The notes below the pieces were generated by a model that was not told the DNA's origin, searched no databases, and saw nothing but the letters and a program-made list of their open reading frames with translations. Shown piece by piece: positions 47,690 to 59,549 of a stretch of 64,000 nucleotides of DNA; the first letter of the stretch is position 1, and each line of letters starts with the position of its first letter. Where the stretch lies: positions 67,399-131,398 of the forward strand of contig JAUCBJ010001582.1 of NCBI GenBank assembly GCA_032718475.1. The letters are read 5' to 3'. The translations under genes were made by a program, and so were the position numbers. The stretch is from Nemertoderma westbladi. Lineage: Eukaryota > Animalia > Xenacoelomorpha.

Positions 47690-49654
47690 TCACATTTGGG
47701 AGTCCCTAGATGTTTGAGGAATTAGGGAGGTGGTCGTGGGAAGAGTGTCTTGTCTTCCATAGTTTCCAGAGAGTTCTCTGTCTCTTTCCAGTAAACATAA
47801 ACGACCAACTGGGCGGTTGAGTTGTTGCGTCTCAAAGATTATGCCGGGCTTCTTGAAGTTACGCCGCATAACGATGAGTTCTACTGAACGCACTAAACCA
47901 TCCTCCGAGATATGGGTCTCGATGATACGACCTGTCTGCCACCGTTTACGTGGGAGGTCTGGATCTACAATAAGTACCATATCTCCGGCGCTGACGTTTT
48001 CTTGCTGCGCAAACCACTTAGTTCGAAGTTGTAGTGTGGGCAGGTAATGTTTCTCGAAATGGTCAGCGAAACGACGGGATAGCAACTGCATAAGTTGCCA
48101 AGTTCGACGGCAGTATTCGTCTCCGTCGGCAATCTCCGATCGTGGGAGCATGGCTACCGGTTTCTTCAGTAGGAAGTGCGCAGGTGTTAGCGCTTCCAGG
48201 GAATCGGGACTCGATGAGACTGGCATAAGCGGTCTCTCGTTGAGATAGACAGCTATTTCCTCCATTAACGTCCGCAAAAGTTCGTCGGTGAGATACGCAC
48301 GGCATGGCACTATAAAGTGAAATGCGGTCTTAACACTTCTAATTAATCTCTCCCAACTTCCTCCCCACCAAGGGGCGTCGGCGGCGTTGAAGGTCCAGCT
48401 AGACGCTGTTATCTTTAGCTGGTCATCCACCTGTCTTTGGTTCCAGTCCTTTACGTAAGCCTGTATTTCGTTGTTGGCACCAATGAAGTTCGTTCCCTTG
48501 TCCGATCTCATGGTATTACTCGTACCGAAGCGAGCGATCTGTCGTCGTAAACTTAAGACGAAACTGTTGGTAGATAGATCGTTCACCATATCGAGATGGA
48601 TGGCTCTGCAAGTCATGCACACGAAGATGACACACCATCTCTTGACTATAGTCCTCGCACGATATACTTCAATAGGGCCAAATAAATCTACACCAGTATT
48701 AGTAAAAGGTGGTTCATAGAAGCTTACTCGTTCCCTAGGTAATTCTGCCTCTCGCTGTGTTAAAGGCCTACTGAATGCTTTCCTACAGGGTATGCAGTTC
48801 CTAAGAACTTGGTTCAGAGCTCTACGGGGTTTATCAAAATAATAGCGAGTTCGAATTTCGCTAAGAACTCGTTCTCTTCCAGCATGATAAAGCTTACTGT
48901 GAACATCTACAATCATCTTGATTTGTACTTCAAGATTTCTAATGAGTATGGGGAATTTAGTGTCAAAGGATAAGGGTGCATTGGTGAGCCTTCCTCCAAC
49001 ACGTATTAACCCATCTATCATTGTGCTAGAGAATCGATCCCTTAAGCGCATCTGCGGATTTCTCAACAACAGGAAATACTTTTCGGAATCCTCATAGCAT
49101 TGCAGGAGTCTCAGTATCTGTTTATTGGTCTCTTCATGCTCCTGGTGACTAATTTTCTCCTTTAGAAAACTGTCAGATACCTTATATTTAGGTAAGTTTT
49201 TAATAACATGAACTTGTGCAGATGTCAATGGAGCGTTATCACTAGTGGTCTTCGCCCTGGAGTATTGATGATGAAAGCATCTCTTTAAATATGTGACGGC
49301 TTTACAGAGCCCATTCCAGGAACTGTAGTGATGCATCGCTCTCTGCAGCAGGGGTGAGATTCCTTGCGAGACGTCTGGTATTCCAGATTTCCAATCTCTA
49401 TCTCGAATTTCCGCAACAGACTTATTTATAGCGAGGGATTGTGGATCCAAGTCATCGTTTCCGGAAACATGTAATACAGATAGATCGATAGTCGGTTTAA
49501 ATAACTTCGATTTACTCGCCCGGGTTTTAGGTTTGACGGTCTCCGCTCCCTTGGCTTGTCTAATTTCCGCCGTAGTAAGGTGAGGAGGCCATTCGTCCTC
49601 TTCCTTGCTCAGGAAGTCGGGTCCACCCAACCAATCTGGAGTATCTATCAGTTC
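47690..49654 (-). CDS. Element 2 integrase (same frame, after a single TAA)
   Basis: HSKLYH...CIPC, GVDLFGP, SDKGTNF, WERLIRSVK, LTPAHFL. Confidence 0.95.
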   Translation of the reverse strand, partial: ELIDTPDWLGGPDFLSKEEDEWPPHLTTAEIRQAKGAETVKPKTRASKSKLFKPTIDLSVLHVSGNDDLDPQSLAINKSVAEIRDRDWKSGIPDVSQGISPLLQRAMHHYSSWNGLCKAVTYLKRCFHHQYSRAKTTSDNAPLTSAQVHVIKNLPKYKVSDSFLKEKISHQEHEETNKQILRLLQCYEDSEKYFLLLRNPQMRLRDRFSSTMIDGLIRVGGRLTNAPLSFDTKFPILIRNLEVQIKMIVDVHSKLYHAGRERVLSEIRTRYYFDKPRRALNQVLRNCIPCRKAFSRPLTQREAELPRERVSFYEPPFTNTGVDLFGPIEVYRARTIVKRWCVIFVCMTCRAIHLDMVNDLSTNSFVLSLRRQIARFGTSNTMRSDKGTNFIGANNEIQAYVKDWNQRQVDDQLKITASSWTFNAADAPWWGGSWERLIRSVKTAFHFIVPCRAYLTDELLRTLMEEIAVYLNERPLMPVSSSPDSLEALTPAHFLLKKPVAMLPRSEIADGDEYCRRTWQLMQLLSRRFADHFEKHYLPTLQLRTKWFAQQENVSAGDMVLIVDPDLPRKRWQTGRIIETHISEDGLVRSVELIVMRRNFKKPGIIFETQQLNRPVGRLCLLERDRELSGNYGRQDTLPTTTSLIPQTSRDSQM

Positions 49655-51979
49655 TTATGGAGTTGCTCCCCTGGAGGCGATATCGGCTGGATTAATCGTA
49701 CCAGGGCAATGTCTCCATTGATCTATCTTTGTGCGACTAAGAATAATAGCTACCCTGTTAGTAACAAAAACGCTGAACTGACAGACTTCATTGGTTAGAT
49801 ATTCCAACACGAGTAAAGCGTCGGTCCAATAAACCGTTTTCTCCAGTGGGTAATCGATTTGTTCCGTTACGTTCCGGCCGATGGCTGTAGCGTATAAAGC
49901 CGCTTTTAACTCCGCTCGAGGAACCTTTAACTTGTTGTTAATCAGTGCCTTAGAGGTAACCAAGGCGACTTTGATCCCATCCGGAGTTTCGACTCGCAGA
50001 TATGCTACTATACCTATTCCCATGTCGCTGGCGTCTCCAAACACATGGAGTTGATAGGAATACGTCGGAAGAACATGTCCAAAATATGCACGGGAAATTA
50101 TAAAGTTCTCGATGGCAGGTAGAGAATCTTCCCATTTCATCCATTTCTTCAACAGTTCTCCCTTAAGCGGATCATCCCATGAGTGGTTTTCAAGCCACAT
50201 CTGTTGTACTAAACTCCGAGCAATCAATATAACTGGGCTAATAAATCCCAATGGGTCGAAATAAGTGCTCAGGATACTTAAACAAATCCGTTTGGTCCTG
50301 ACTGGATTATCTCGCTGTTTTAACTGAAAAAACAGGATGTCTCTTTCAGTGTCCCACTTCAAGCCTAGCGTCTTGGTTTCAGGAAGATCGTCCTTTATTA
50401 AGTCTAGGTCTTTCGCTCCGCGATCCTCTACCGGTATGGCTTCCAGAAACTCACGGGAGTTACTAGTGAATTTCGTCAGTCGAAATCCACCTCTTTTCAA
50501 ACACTCTACCGTTCCTTTCGCGACAGCTATGGCTTCTTCTACTGATGGAAGGGACCTTAAATTGTCGTCCATGTATATATTGCGTTTTATGTTGTCTATC
50601 ACTTCTTTGGAGAAGGAGTCTCGGTTGTCATTCGCAGTGGTTCGCACCACGGAGCAGGCGTTGGAAGGGCTAGATATGATCCCAAAAGCCTGGATGGTCA
50701 TCCAGTACTCCACCGGTTTCTGGTTGAGGTCTCCTTCAGGCCACCACAGAAATCTCAGGCTGTCTCTATCTCTCTCCAGCGCCTTGACTTGTAAGAACAT
50801 TCCTTCGATATCGGAAGCGAACGCGATGGAATATTGTCTTAATCTTAAAAGTATTCCCAATAAAGATTGGAGTAAATTGGGTCCTGGTAACAACTCGGAA
50901 TTAAGGGATTGGCCCATATATAGAGCAGAGCCATCGAATACGACTCGTACTTCATGGGGCTTACCGGGTTTGGGAACGTAATGATGTGTTAAGTAATACG
51001 TTCTCTCAGTCACTGGTGTTCCTTCCGGTACTCGCTCCGCGTATCCCTTTGTTATAAATTTCTTCAGCTGAGTTTGGTACATTTCTTTCGCTGAAGCATT
51101 ATCTGTAAGGCGTCGATGTAATTGAGCGATTCTTTTCTCGGCCAAGGGTCTGTTATTTATAAATCTAGGTTCTTGTTTTCGAAATGGCAGGCAGATTTCA
51201 TACCTACCTTGGTCTTTTAAAAAACGTGTAGTTGTTTCCTGGATTTGCTTGGCTCTTTCTTCTTCTATCGATAGAGCCTTATCATACGAATTGGGCTCTA
51301 CAAGTTCCTGAGTAAAGAATCGTACGGCTAGTTCGTCCCGAGTTCTAGCGTTGCAGCGCTCTATCTCATCGTTGAGTTCATCATTGTAAGTGATGGGTTC
51401 CGATGGGTGAATCAGTTGACATAGGTTCACCTGATCTTTCCAAGTTTGGTTTTCTGTAAGTAAGTCTATGGTGTTCTCCTCATCGAAGAGTTGATAAGTG
51501 TAATCGTTATCTGAGGAGTATGGTGTTCCCTCAGTTAGTTCGTCCACCTCACTGCTCTCCTCGCTCCAATCGCTCACATGATCTACTCGTTCTTGTGGCA
51601 TTCTCTCTTCGAGAGTCCTGCGGGAAGGGCCAGTAAAGTACCAACCTACTCTAGTTCTTACCGCATAGGTTTGCAGTGGCTGCGGTTGAGCAGGTCGTTT
51701 CTCTAATGTTTCAAGCGCCTCATGCGCGTTTTGGCCGATAAGGATTTGCACTCCAGGATAATCTGTCTGGAACCGAGGTATCTTAAGATGTTGGATGCTC
51801 TCATCTTCGTCCCAATTATAAAGGTCTGCTTGAGTAGTAGCGAAGTTCTTTATAGCCACCATTTTTACCGACCTTATACCTTGTGTTCCTAACTTATCCT
51901 GGGGAGTGGACAACACACCTACGTAGTAATCTGCCGTTAGGGTAGATTTCCAAACCTGCATAATTCCTGACATATTCAA
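49655..51979 (-). CDS. Element 2 protease C-terminus, RT and RNase H
   Basis: YYLTHH, VRVVFDGS, DIEGMFLQV, IYMDD, FDPLG, HVFGDAS, VPRAEL, WRHCPGTINPAD. Confidence 0.95.
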   Translation of the reverse strand: MNMSGIMQVWKSTLTADYYVGVLSTPQDKLGTQGIRSVKMVAIKNFATTQADLYNWDEDESIQHLKIPRFQTDYPGVQILIGQNAHEALETLEKRPAQPQPLQTYAVRTRVGWYFTGPSRRTLEERMPQERVDHVSDWSEESSEVDELTEGTPYSSDNDYTYQLFDEENTIDLLTENQTWKDQVNLCQLIHPSEPITYNDELNDEIERCNARTRDELAVRFFTQELVEPNSYDKALSIEEERAKQIQETTTRFLKDQGRYEICLPFRKQEPRFINNRPLAEKRIAQLHRRLTDNASAKEMYQTQLKKFITKGYAERVPEGTPVTERTYYLTHHYVPKPGKPHEVRVVFDGSALYMGQSLNSELLPGPNLLQSLLGILLRLRQYSIAFASDIEGMFLQVKALERDRDSLRFLWWPEGDLNQKPVEYWMTIQAFGIISSPSNACSVVRTTANDNRDSFSKEVIDNIKRNIYMDDNLRSLPSVEEAIAVAKGTVECLKRGGFRLTKFTSNSREFLEAIPVEDRGAKDLDLIKDDLPETKTLGLKWDTERDILFFQLKQRDNPVRTKRICLSILSTYFDPLGFISPVILIARSLVQQMWLENHSWDDPLKGELLKKWMKWEDSLPAIENFIISRAYFGHVLPTYSYQLHVFGDASDMGIGIVAYLRVETPDGIKVALVTSKALINNKLKVPRAELKAALYATAIGRNVTEQIDYPLEKTVYWTDALLVLEYLTNEVCQFSVFVTNRVAIILSRTKIDQWRHCPGTINPADIASRGATP

Positions 51980-52027
51980 TTTTGTCCGGAATTTGGGTTG
52001 TCCAGCAAAGATGTCTTCGGCTAATTC

Positions 52028-55000
52028 TTAATCTATGAATGTTCCTGTGCTGCTGGAATCAAGGAGTGCGTTCACTATGTAACTGTGGTGAGTACCATGA
52101 ATTCTTACTTGCACTACAGGAAATTCTCTGATTCCTACGTTGGAAGTTGGCGTTTTCCAAGATGGTTGTTTGGCAAAAGTAGTTAGGGGAAACTCATTGT
52201 TGGTGTCCTTTTCATAAGTAAGTGCTCGATACACGGAGGTATTGATTAGATAACAGGATTCGTTGGCGTCGGAGAATTCGTCAGTATAGAATCCTTCCAT
52301 CTCAGACTCCTGATCAGTGTCGTTTACATCACTGAATTGGACATGTAGTTCGGACTCACTTACCTGACTCTGCTTGTCTCGTTCGAACTCACTATGTAAC
52401 AAGATGTGATGTTTCGCACCACACTTTTCACACTTTATGTCGGAGTAACAGGTTCGCCGTTGGTGTCCTGGTCTGAGGCAATTATAGCATAACCGCTTGT
52501 CCCACACAACTGTACGTCTGTCTACAAGGGATTTCTTTAGAAATTCCGCACACGCACTCAAACGGTGGGTCCCGTCGCACAGCGCACAGTTAGGTTTTAT
52601 GTTACTTACTTTACCTTGGGTAATCTGATGCACTCTCGTTCTTTCTTCGGGCTTTCTTCCGCGCATTCTGCTAGGAGACTGAGGAGGGGTCTTAGCAACC
52701 TGTTCTCTCCTATTGTTGGTTTGAGCCTTGTATTTACTTACGTCCTTGGAGGTTTTGTCAACATAGTAAGATCGTTCGGTGTCTTTCCCGCTGTCTTCTT
52801 CTTGAGAAGCTTGGCTTTCGCCGTCGTCAGTGTAACACACCGGTGTTACTCTTCTCCTAGAAGCGGGTTTCTCACTTACCTTATTTTCCGATGTTTTCTC
52901 TCTGGACTGCTTGATGAGTTGTAGTTTTACCTCACCATCTAAGAAGGACATGAGATCAGCCATGGTAGGACTTCGTCATTGTTGTTCATTCATGTACAAC
53001 ACTTTCTTGTCCCAGCGTGTACATACTCCACCCTTTGGTAAAGTAGAGACTACTGCTCCAATAACCATGGAACTCTGATATTCATGAGACTTACCTAACC
53101 AGTCCAGTTGTCTACAGATTTCCTGAATTTCATCCGAAAACTCTATAATCCCGCTACTAAGGAAGTGTCGAGGGGCTACTAATTTCGCATACAAATACTT
53201 AGCTATGTTGTCCTTGTTACCATACCTGATGTTTAATGTATCCCAAACTTGTCTTAATCCTTCTGGATGTCCAATAAACTTTAACGCCATTAACTTGGGA
53301 GGTCCTTCCAAGCACTTGATGAGGAACCTAAGTTTCTCTCCGTTAGATAGCACAGAGTTCTGTATGCTGTCTTTGTAATATTCGTTGAAAGGTAACCATT
53401 TCATTTCGTCTCCATTGAATTTGACGATCTCTCCCACTTTGACCGCTTGGCGGGCTTCTGTTCTAGCCATCTGCCGCGTAAAGCTTTCTTGGGCCATCGT
53501 GTTATTTAATATAGAATTATCGGCATATAAATTTCTTGGATCATTATCAGGTCTATAGGGAATATCATTAATAACAGGTCTATAATCACCCTTAATAGGG
53601 TTTGTTATAGGAGTTTCAACTTCACTAGCAGTATAGATGCGTGTAGGCTCCACACCTTGCGCATGTAATACTTCAGACCTAACAGGTTGACACAATGTTA
53701 CAGGGGGTATTGGTATGCCCTTTTGTATATTGACTAATTTATCGCGTTCTAGTGCGATACTTTGCTGCACTTCTTGTAATTCTGCCCTACTTTCCCTTAC
53801 TGTTCCCTTAAGCTGGTGGACAGTCTCCTGCATCTGTCTGAGCAGGAGGTTCATCCCCCGCCGTCCCTCCTCTACCCACTCAACCGCCGAAGCGGGAGTC
53901 GCCAACATTGTAGCGGGTTGATGCGGGACGACGGGAGACAAATCTTTGCTTCCTCTCCCAATGCTCAGGACAGGGGTATTTGCATGGACTGTTCCACCGG
54001 GTACAGGCAGTGTGGTACTATGTAAAGGGAATTTAGAGTTAAGCTCTGGAAGTGCAGGGGTCTCTAGCACAGAAGTGACTTTGGGAACGACAGGCCTAAT
54101 TATTTCAGGTTCATCGACTATAGTAGGGAGTCTTTTGACCTGGATAAATTGTTCTATGGGTTCTGCACTACCTAAGTCTGTGCTAGTTAGTTGTCTTTTA
54201 ACAGCTGGGGGCAAATCAGGCAATTTGTGACGGTAAGATGTTTTTCTACGCCTGCTTAGACGAGATCTATTTCCTCCGCCTTCAGGATCGGTGGTTTCGC
54301 TTTCCTCCGATGAAGTATAGCCCTAGCGTTTGGGAGTAGATTTTCTCATCATTTGCATGTGACTAGCAGTTAACTGTTTATTTATGTTGTCTTGCGTCTC
54401 TTGCAGCCTCTCCAACTCCAGTTGGGTAGTCTGCTCAGACGCTCTCCGTTCTGCTTCCGCTACTGCCTTTTCCGCCCTTGCTTCTGTTTCTGCCATGGCC
54501 GCCTTTGCTTCTGCCGCCGCCGCCTTTCTTTGTATTTCTGCTTCTGCCATGGCTGCCTTTCTTTGTATTTCTGCTTCTGCCCTTGCCGCTGCCTCCTTTC
54601 TTTCTGCTTCGGCTTCTGCGATTGCCGCTGCCCTTTGGTCCTCTATCCTCCTTTTCTTTACTCGTTCTTCTTGAACTCTAGTGAGGCGGAGTTTTTCATC
54701 AAATTCAGCTTGATTAGCCGCCAACATTTCAGCGTCGATTGAGTCTAACACCCGCTGGGTTCCTTCCCTATTAGGGGAAAGTCCAGACAGTCGTCTCCTC
54801 AACTCTTCGTCTCCTAGGAATCGCTGATAGTCGGATAGGTAAATGTCGATGGCGTCTCTCGTTCGTGGTCTTTCTGCAGTCTCTTCGCTTTCCACTTTAG
54901 AAAGGGTGGCATCGGTTGGTTTTTCATAAGTTAGTCTCTCAGACAGCTGGGATTTCCACTGGTCCGTTTCTTGCACTTTGCGACCTACCCTCTGGAACCA

Positions 55001-55826
55001 AGTCTTAACAGAAACCTGCAGCGACGTGTCCTGTCTTCTTTTGGAAGTTTCCTCAAAGGCTGACAGAATTAGTCTAATGCGTAGGGTTCTTTCGCGCACT
55101 TGATATAGCAGCTCTTCCTGCAGAACAACTGTTTCGACAACCCCAAGGACCTCAACCTTGGGGTTGTCGAAACAGTTGTTCTTCTAATCGCTCTAATGAG
55201 CCGAAGAACCCTTGCACATATCCTGCTGCCGACCTCTTCCAAACAGCTGGATCCATTGTATCTTTAGTCACTCCCATCCGATGTATATCTTCCCAAGTAG
55301 CTTCGGACAGATCTAACGGGAGTCCAGGTCCGGGAAAGTTCCATTGTGACTCGACAATAGACATCAATTCTTCCCTGGCGTATCCCGCATAATTATCTTG
55401 GGTCGCTTTCTTATTCCTCGCCCAATCTGCTTGATGTTCCACCGCAATCAGTATAGTGGTTAGCACTGCGGCAGGAAGGGTGAGAAGAGGGTCCGAGTAG
55501 GCTGTAGCCGCCATCTGCAATCCGCGTTCGGGGGTCAGCTCGACAGTATCCGAACTACTGGAGCTATCGGATCGCTGGGAACTAGGTTCTTGACCAAGAT
55601 GTTGCTGCGATAGGACAGCTGCCTCTTGGTTCCGTTTGACCTGGGCCCGAGTACCTATGATGGACCTATGGTGGATTAGCCTAGGGTCTGATACTACTGG
55701 AGGGATGACCTTTCTTGCAGTAGGAGGTGAACTGAACTCCTTTCTTAATCGCTCTACACTCCTATCTGTGTCACAGATGGTTGTATCGATTAGACTGTCT
55801 GACAGGTTTTGCTGAGTGTCAGACAT
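52028..55826 (-). pseudogene. Element 2 gag and protease
   Basis: Ala/Glu coiled coil; VKFNGDEMKWLPF...LSNGEKLRFLIKCLEG (DUF1759-like); CALC..H...C, CYNCLRPGHQRRTC and CEKCGAKHHILLH; protease ALLDSSS. One frameshift (~55150) and in-frame stops at 54323, 52976 and 52028. Confidence 0.9.
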
Positions 55827-57132
55827 GTTTAGCTATACAGTTGAATGCTTACTGCTATAGTTACAGTTAAAGCAAGTCCAGTAATTCAGTATGACCGTTG
55901 GCCTAGTACCGGTAATTTATTGCAGTATATTAGAATACCGGTATACACTTATAGTATATATAAGTATTGTAAACTAGGTTTGTCACAGAGTACCGGTATA
56001 TAAATTTAGCACAAATATATATAAATATATAATAGGCTTATCGTGAATACCGGTATACAGCTTACACTTATAGTATATATAAGTATAATTATGAACTAGA
56101 ATTAATTACAGAGTACCGGTATGATTTCAGCTCAAATTTATAGGAATAAATATAATAAGCCTATGGTAAATACCGGTATGTCAATTATTTTAGAATAATC
56201 GAACCTCTGAATATTTAGGTTACTTGGTTACTCTAACTTACTTTGTTACCGTTATTTAAGCAGTAGTCCAACTGATTTTGAGACCTAGTTGTTGTATGGC
56301 AGGCCTACTACTTATAAATCGTTTGAGTTGATTTATAATATATATATATACCCGTTTAAAAGGGTTATGTCAATATTTGAAATAAATGTTATTATTTCTG
56401 GGGGGTCACTACACAGAAGCTGTGCGCTCTCAGTGAAGTGCTATTTATGGGACACTAAAACTGATAATTCTAATTTACCTAAGTTACTTAATACTACAAA
56501 TTACTTACGATACGGGTGAGATTAAATCTCTAGTTAAACACAACAAAAATATTACGTACGAATTTTTAGGGTAATTTTACAGGAAGTCTACAAACCAGCC
56601 TAACAAAGGGTTAGAATTCTGGACAGGGTACTACGGTATTTGAAAATAATAAGTAGTAGTAAATATACTGTACTGTCCAGATAGGAAAATACCACCGCCT
56701 GACGACCTATAACCGTATCGCTATAGGTACTACGTTATGTATCACGGATTGTTCCTACCCAGAAGTTAATAGAGCTAACGAATGTGCCTATCAACCACTT
56801 TACAACACAAATATACTGCCTACACACTAATTACTTCGGAAAGCACTGTACACTAAACCCTAAATTAGGTACAAGTACTGGTATAACAAATAATCAGCAG
56901 TTAAATATACTTGAACAGTTAAAAGAACCACGGCATCTGCTGGAGTGACCGAAGCACAAAGTCACCAGTCTTGTCCTACGCCAAGCAGCCCGTGTAGTAC
57001 CGAGGTTAATTTAACTATAACGGTATGTGTAACAAACACAATTACTGTAGGAATAAACTTGGGGACATGAATGTTGCGAATAATCGCATAAACTCTGAAT
57101 AATAAATATTACGCTACCCGTACAGAATACTC

Positions 57133-57980
57133 AAACAAAATACAAACCAAACGCTGGCAGACTACCACCAAGCCTAAATAAACTACTGTATGTGCAGATT
57201 CCAAAACGGTTAGTTAGTATGCGTTCTAACACGGTAGTACGACTTATTCTTTAAGAGGGGATTGACCTTACAGTTATGACTGCCCCAACTTACTAACTGG
57301 CACTTTATCAGACAAACTCTACACAAGCAGCAATCTCTTTAGACCTAATAATAGCTAGACAACAATCCAGCCTACAAAATATCTGAGTAATAACTATTAC
57401 GGTACCTGAACAGACCACACAAACAAACACAAGCCAAAACGCTGGCAGAATACTGTCAAGCCTAAATAAACTACAGTATGTGCAGATTCCAAAATTGTTA
57501 GTTAGTATGCGTTCTAACACGGTAGTACGACTTATTCTTTAAGAGGGGGTTGACCTTACACTCAAGTTGCCCCAACTTACTAACTGGCACTCTATCGGAC
57601 AAACTCCACACACGCCGTAATCTCTCCAAACCCAACAACAATCCGACAACAGTCTGGCCTACAGTTATCTGAACAATCTGAGCAGACTTACACGTCTTCA
57701 GCTCAATATTTACTTACTAGGAAATAAAACCGACAGAAATAAGTAAAATCTCAGTAAAAACCAGGGTGGCCGTTCCCTGATTAAATACTAAGACCTACCG
57801 GTATACTATAATCAAATCGAATAATACTAATGTACTTATACTGGAAGTACCGGTTAGGACAGTTGGGCCTACGGACCTACAGAAGTGCCGGTTCTGGCAG
57901 TTGGACCTACGGACCTACAGCAGTACCGGTTCTGGCAGTTGGGCCTACTGACCTACAGAAGTACCGGTTCAGGTTTACCG
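57133..57980. repeat. Element 2 5' leader repeats (~290-bp-period duplication and 38-bp tandem units)
   Basis: 57133-57330 resembles 57420-57620; GTACCGGTTCTGGCAGTTGGACCTACGGACCTACAGAA occurs ~3.5 times at 57845-57970. Confidence 0.8.
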
Positions 57981-58035
57981 GTCGATCGGTACTTTCAACT
58001 TTATTGCTTACTGCAATAAAGTCAATGACTGTTAT

Positions 58036-59318
58036 TGTACGCGCTTTTGGAAGACCTTTAGCAGTTTAACCTGCCAAAATTTATATGTCTTTTGGTTTAT
58101 AAATCGACTCTAGAAGATGACAATATTTAATACCAATAAACACAACATTAGCAGAAGCCAGCCTAGTGCGCGTCCATTCACCCGCTGGATAATCCCAGGA
58201 GACTGGATTCTGAGGGCTTAGATTATTATTGCAGTGAAGCTTACGGTATTGTATTATTCGATTGATCGTTAATAAATAATTTCTGACTAATATTATTCAC
58301 TTTCGGGAAATATTAACAGTTCCTTTAGGACGTGGCGCTCTATCTAGATAGACAGAGATATGACTTACACTAATCACAATGGTAAGTCGGTAAGGCTTAT
58401 GATTCACGTATGAGGCGCATTCTTTAGGAAATGCTTAGTTATCAGCCACAATCATGTACGCTACCGGTAACACACAATACTGCAGCTCACTAACTTGCCG
58501 ACCGTCAATGAATTTTATCATATATAAAGAAAATAGCAACAGACCAATGTAGTGCTTATCAAATAGCATTAAATTCAATACACACCACAATAATATAAGT
58601 CGCAATCGCTATATATAACCCGTCTTTCTAACCTGTAGTGTATCAAGAGAATTGGGAAATTTGGGTTCTTTATAAATGTTCTCCAGATAATATTCAATCA
58701 ACTGATATAAAATATGACAACAGTAAAAACATTAAGACGGTAGGTTAAGATATAATATGAACAGATATGTACAGTGATATATTAAGAATTGTGCCGCCGA
58801 TTTGATTTGATATATGAATTGTTGATTTGATAACAGTCATACGCTCTATAATCTTAAGCCTACTAATGTTTCTTTTTAGAGCCGTTGTTTCTGGCTTAGA
58901 CAGCAATAACAACAAAGTATCAGTAAAAAACTGTAAGACTGAACAATCCCAGTATCATCGTCTCAAAGCTCCACATCGACAGAGAGAATCGCTCTGATTG
59001 GCTGAAGCCAAACAAAGAACCATGCGTCCAATGGCTGTTTCCATTTAAGCAACCAGCTGTTAGATGTCGTAATCTGAATCATCACGGCTAAGCTGTGTAA
59101 AAGTATTGCCGTATTGCGGGTTTTTTGCCTTACCATGTCCACTAAAACACGTATATAGAAGAATGACTTTTATGTCCGTTAAAAACACCTGTAACGGTAC
59201 CTTGCGGGCAAGGGGAATATATATACAGTTAGAGAACCCCTTTAGAGTATTTCAGCGCCTAGGGGGACACTGGATTGCGAAGCAAAGGGGCCAGTTATAT
59301 CCCACAGAAGCTTTTACA
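58036..59318 (-). repeat. Element 2 5' LTR (1283 bp)
   Basis: By eye it differs from the 3' LTR by about 4 substitutions and one 3-bp indel. Confidence 0.97.
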
Positions 59319-59323
59319 GAGAT

Positions 59324-59549
59324 TATATAGTAACGATCAATCGAATAATACAGTAGGTCTACACCGCAATCACTATCAAAGCATCCGAATCCATTCTCCC
59401 TTAACTGTGGTGAATGGTCGCGCATAGACTGGTTTCGGCTAATGTAACTTCAGTGCAGTAAATAATCGATATAGGCTAAGGTCGATTTATAAATAAGAAG
59501 ACAACTAAAATTGGCAGGTTAAACTGCTAAAGGTCTAAAAGCGCGAACA
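59324..59549 (+). mobile_element. Solo LTR of the sister family, 3' portion
   Basis: Diverged reverse complement of 40451-40695; ends GCGCGAACA and is followed by the TSD TACAT. Confidence 0.88.

Larger units (their letters stand above)
40451..59318 (-). mobile_element. Full-length BEL/Pao LTR retrotransposon, element 2 (18,868 bp)
   Basis: Two TG...CA LTRs, 5-bp TSD GAGAT (40446-40450 and 59319-59323), gag-PR-RT-RH-IN plus accessory ORF. Confidence 0.97.

Noticed and set aside
47690-55099. Alternative genetic code explaining the in-frame stops
   Set aside because: All three stop codons occur, they are rare, and they coexist with frameshifts; mutation is the simpler explanation.
39561-59549. 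DIRS or TIR DNA transposon suggested by the inverted ends
   Set aside because: Fully explained by nested LTR insertions with two independent 5-bp TSDs; a DDE integrase is present and there is no tyrosine recombinase.
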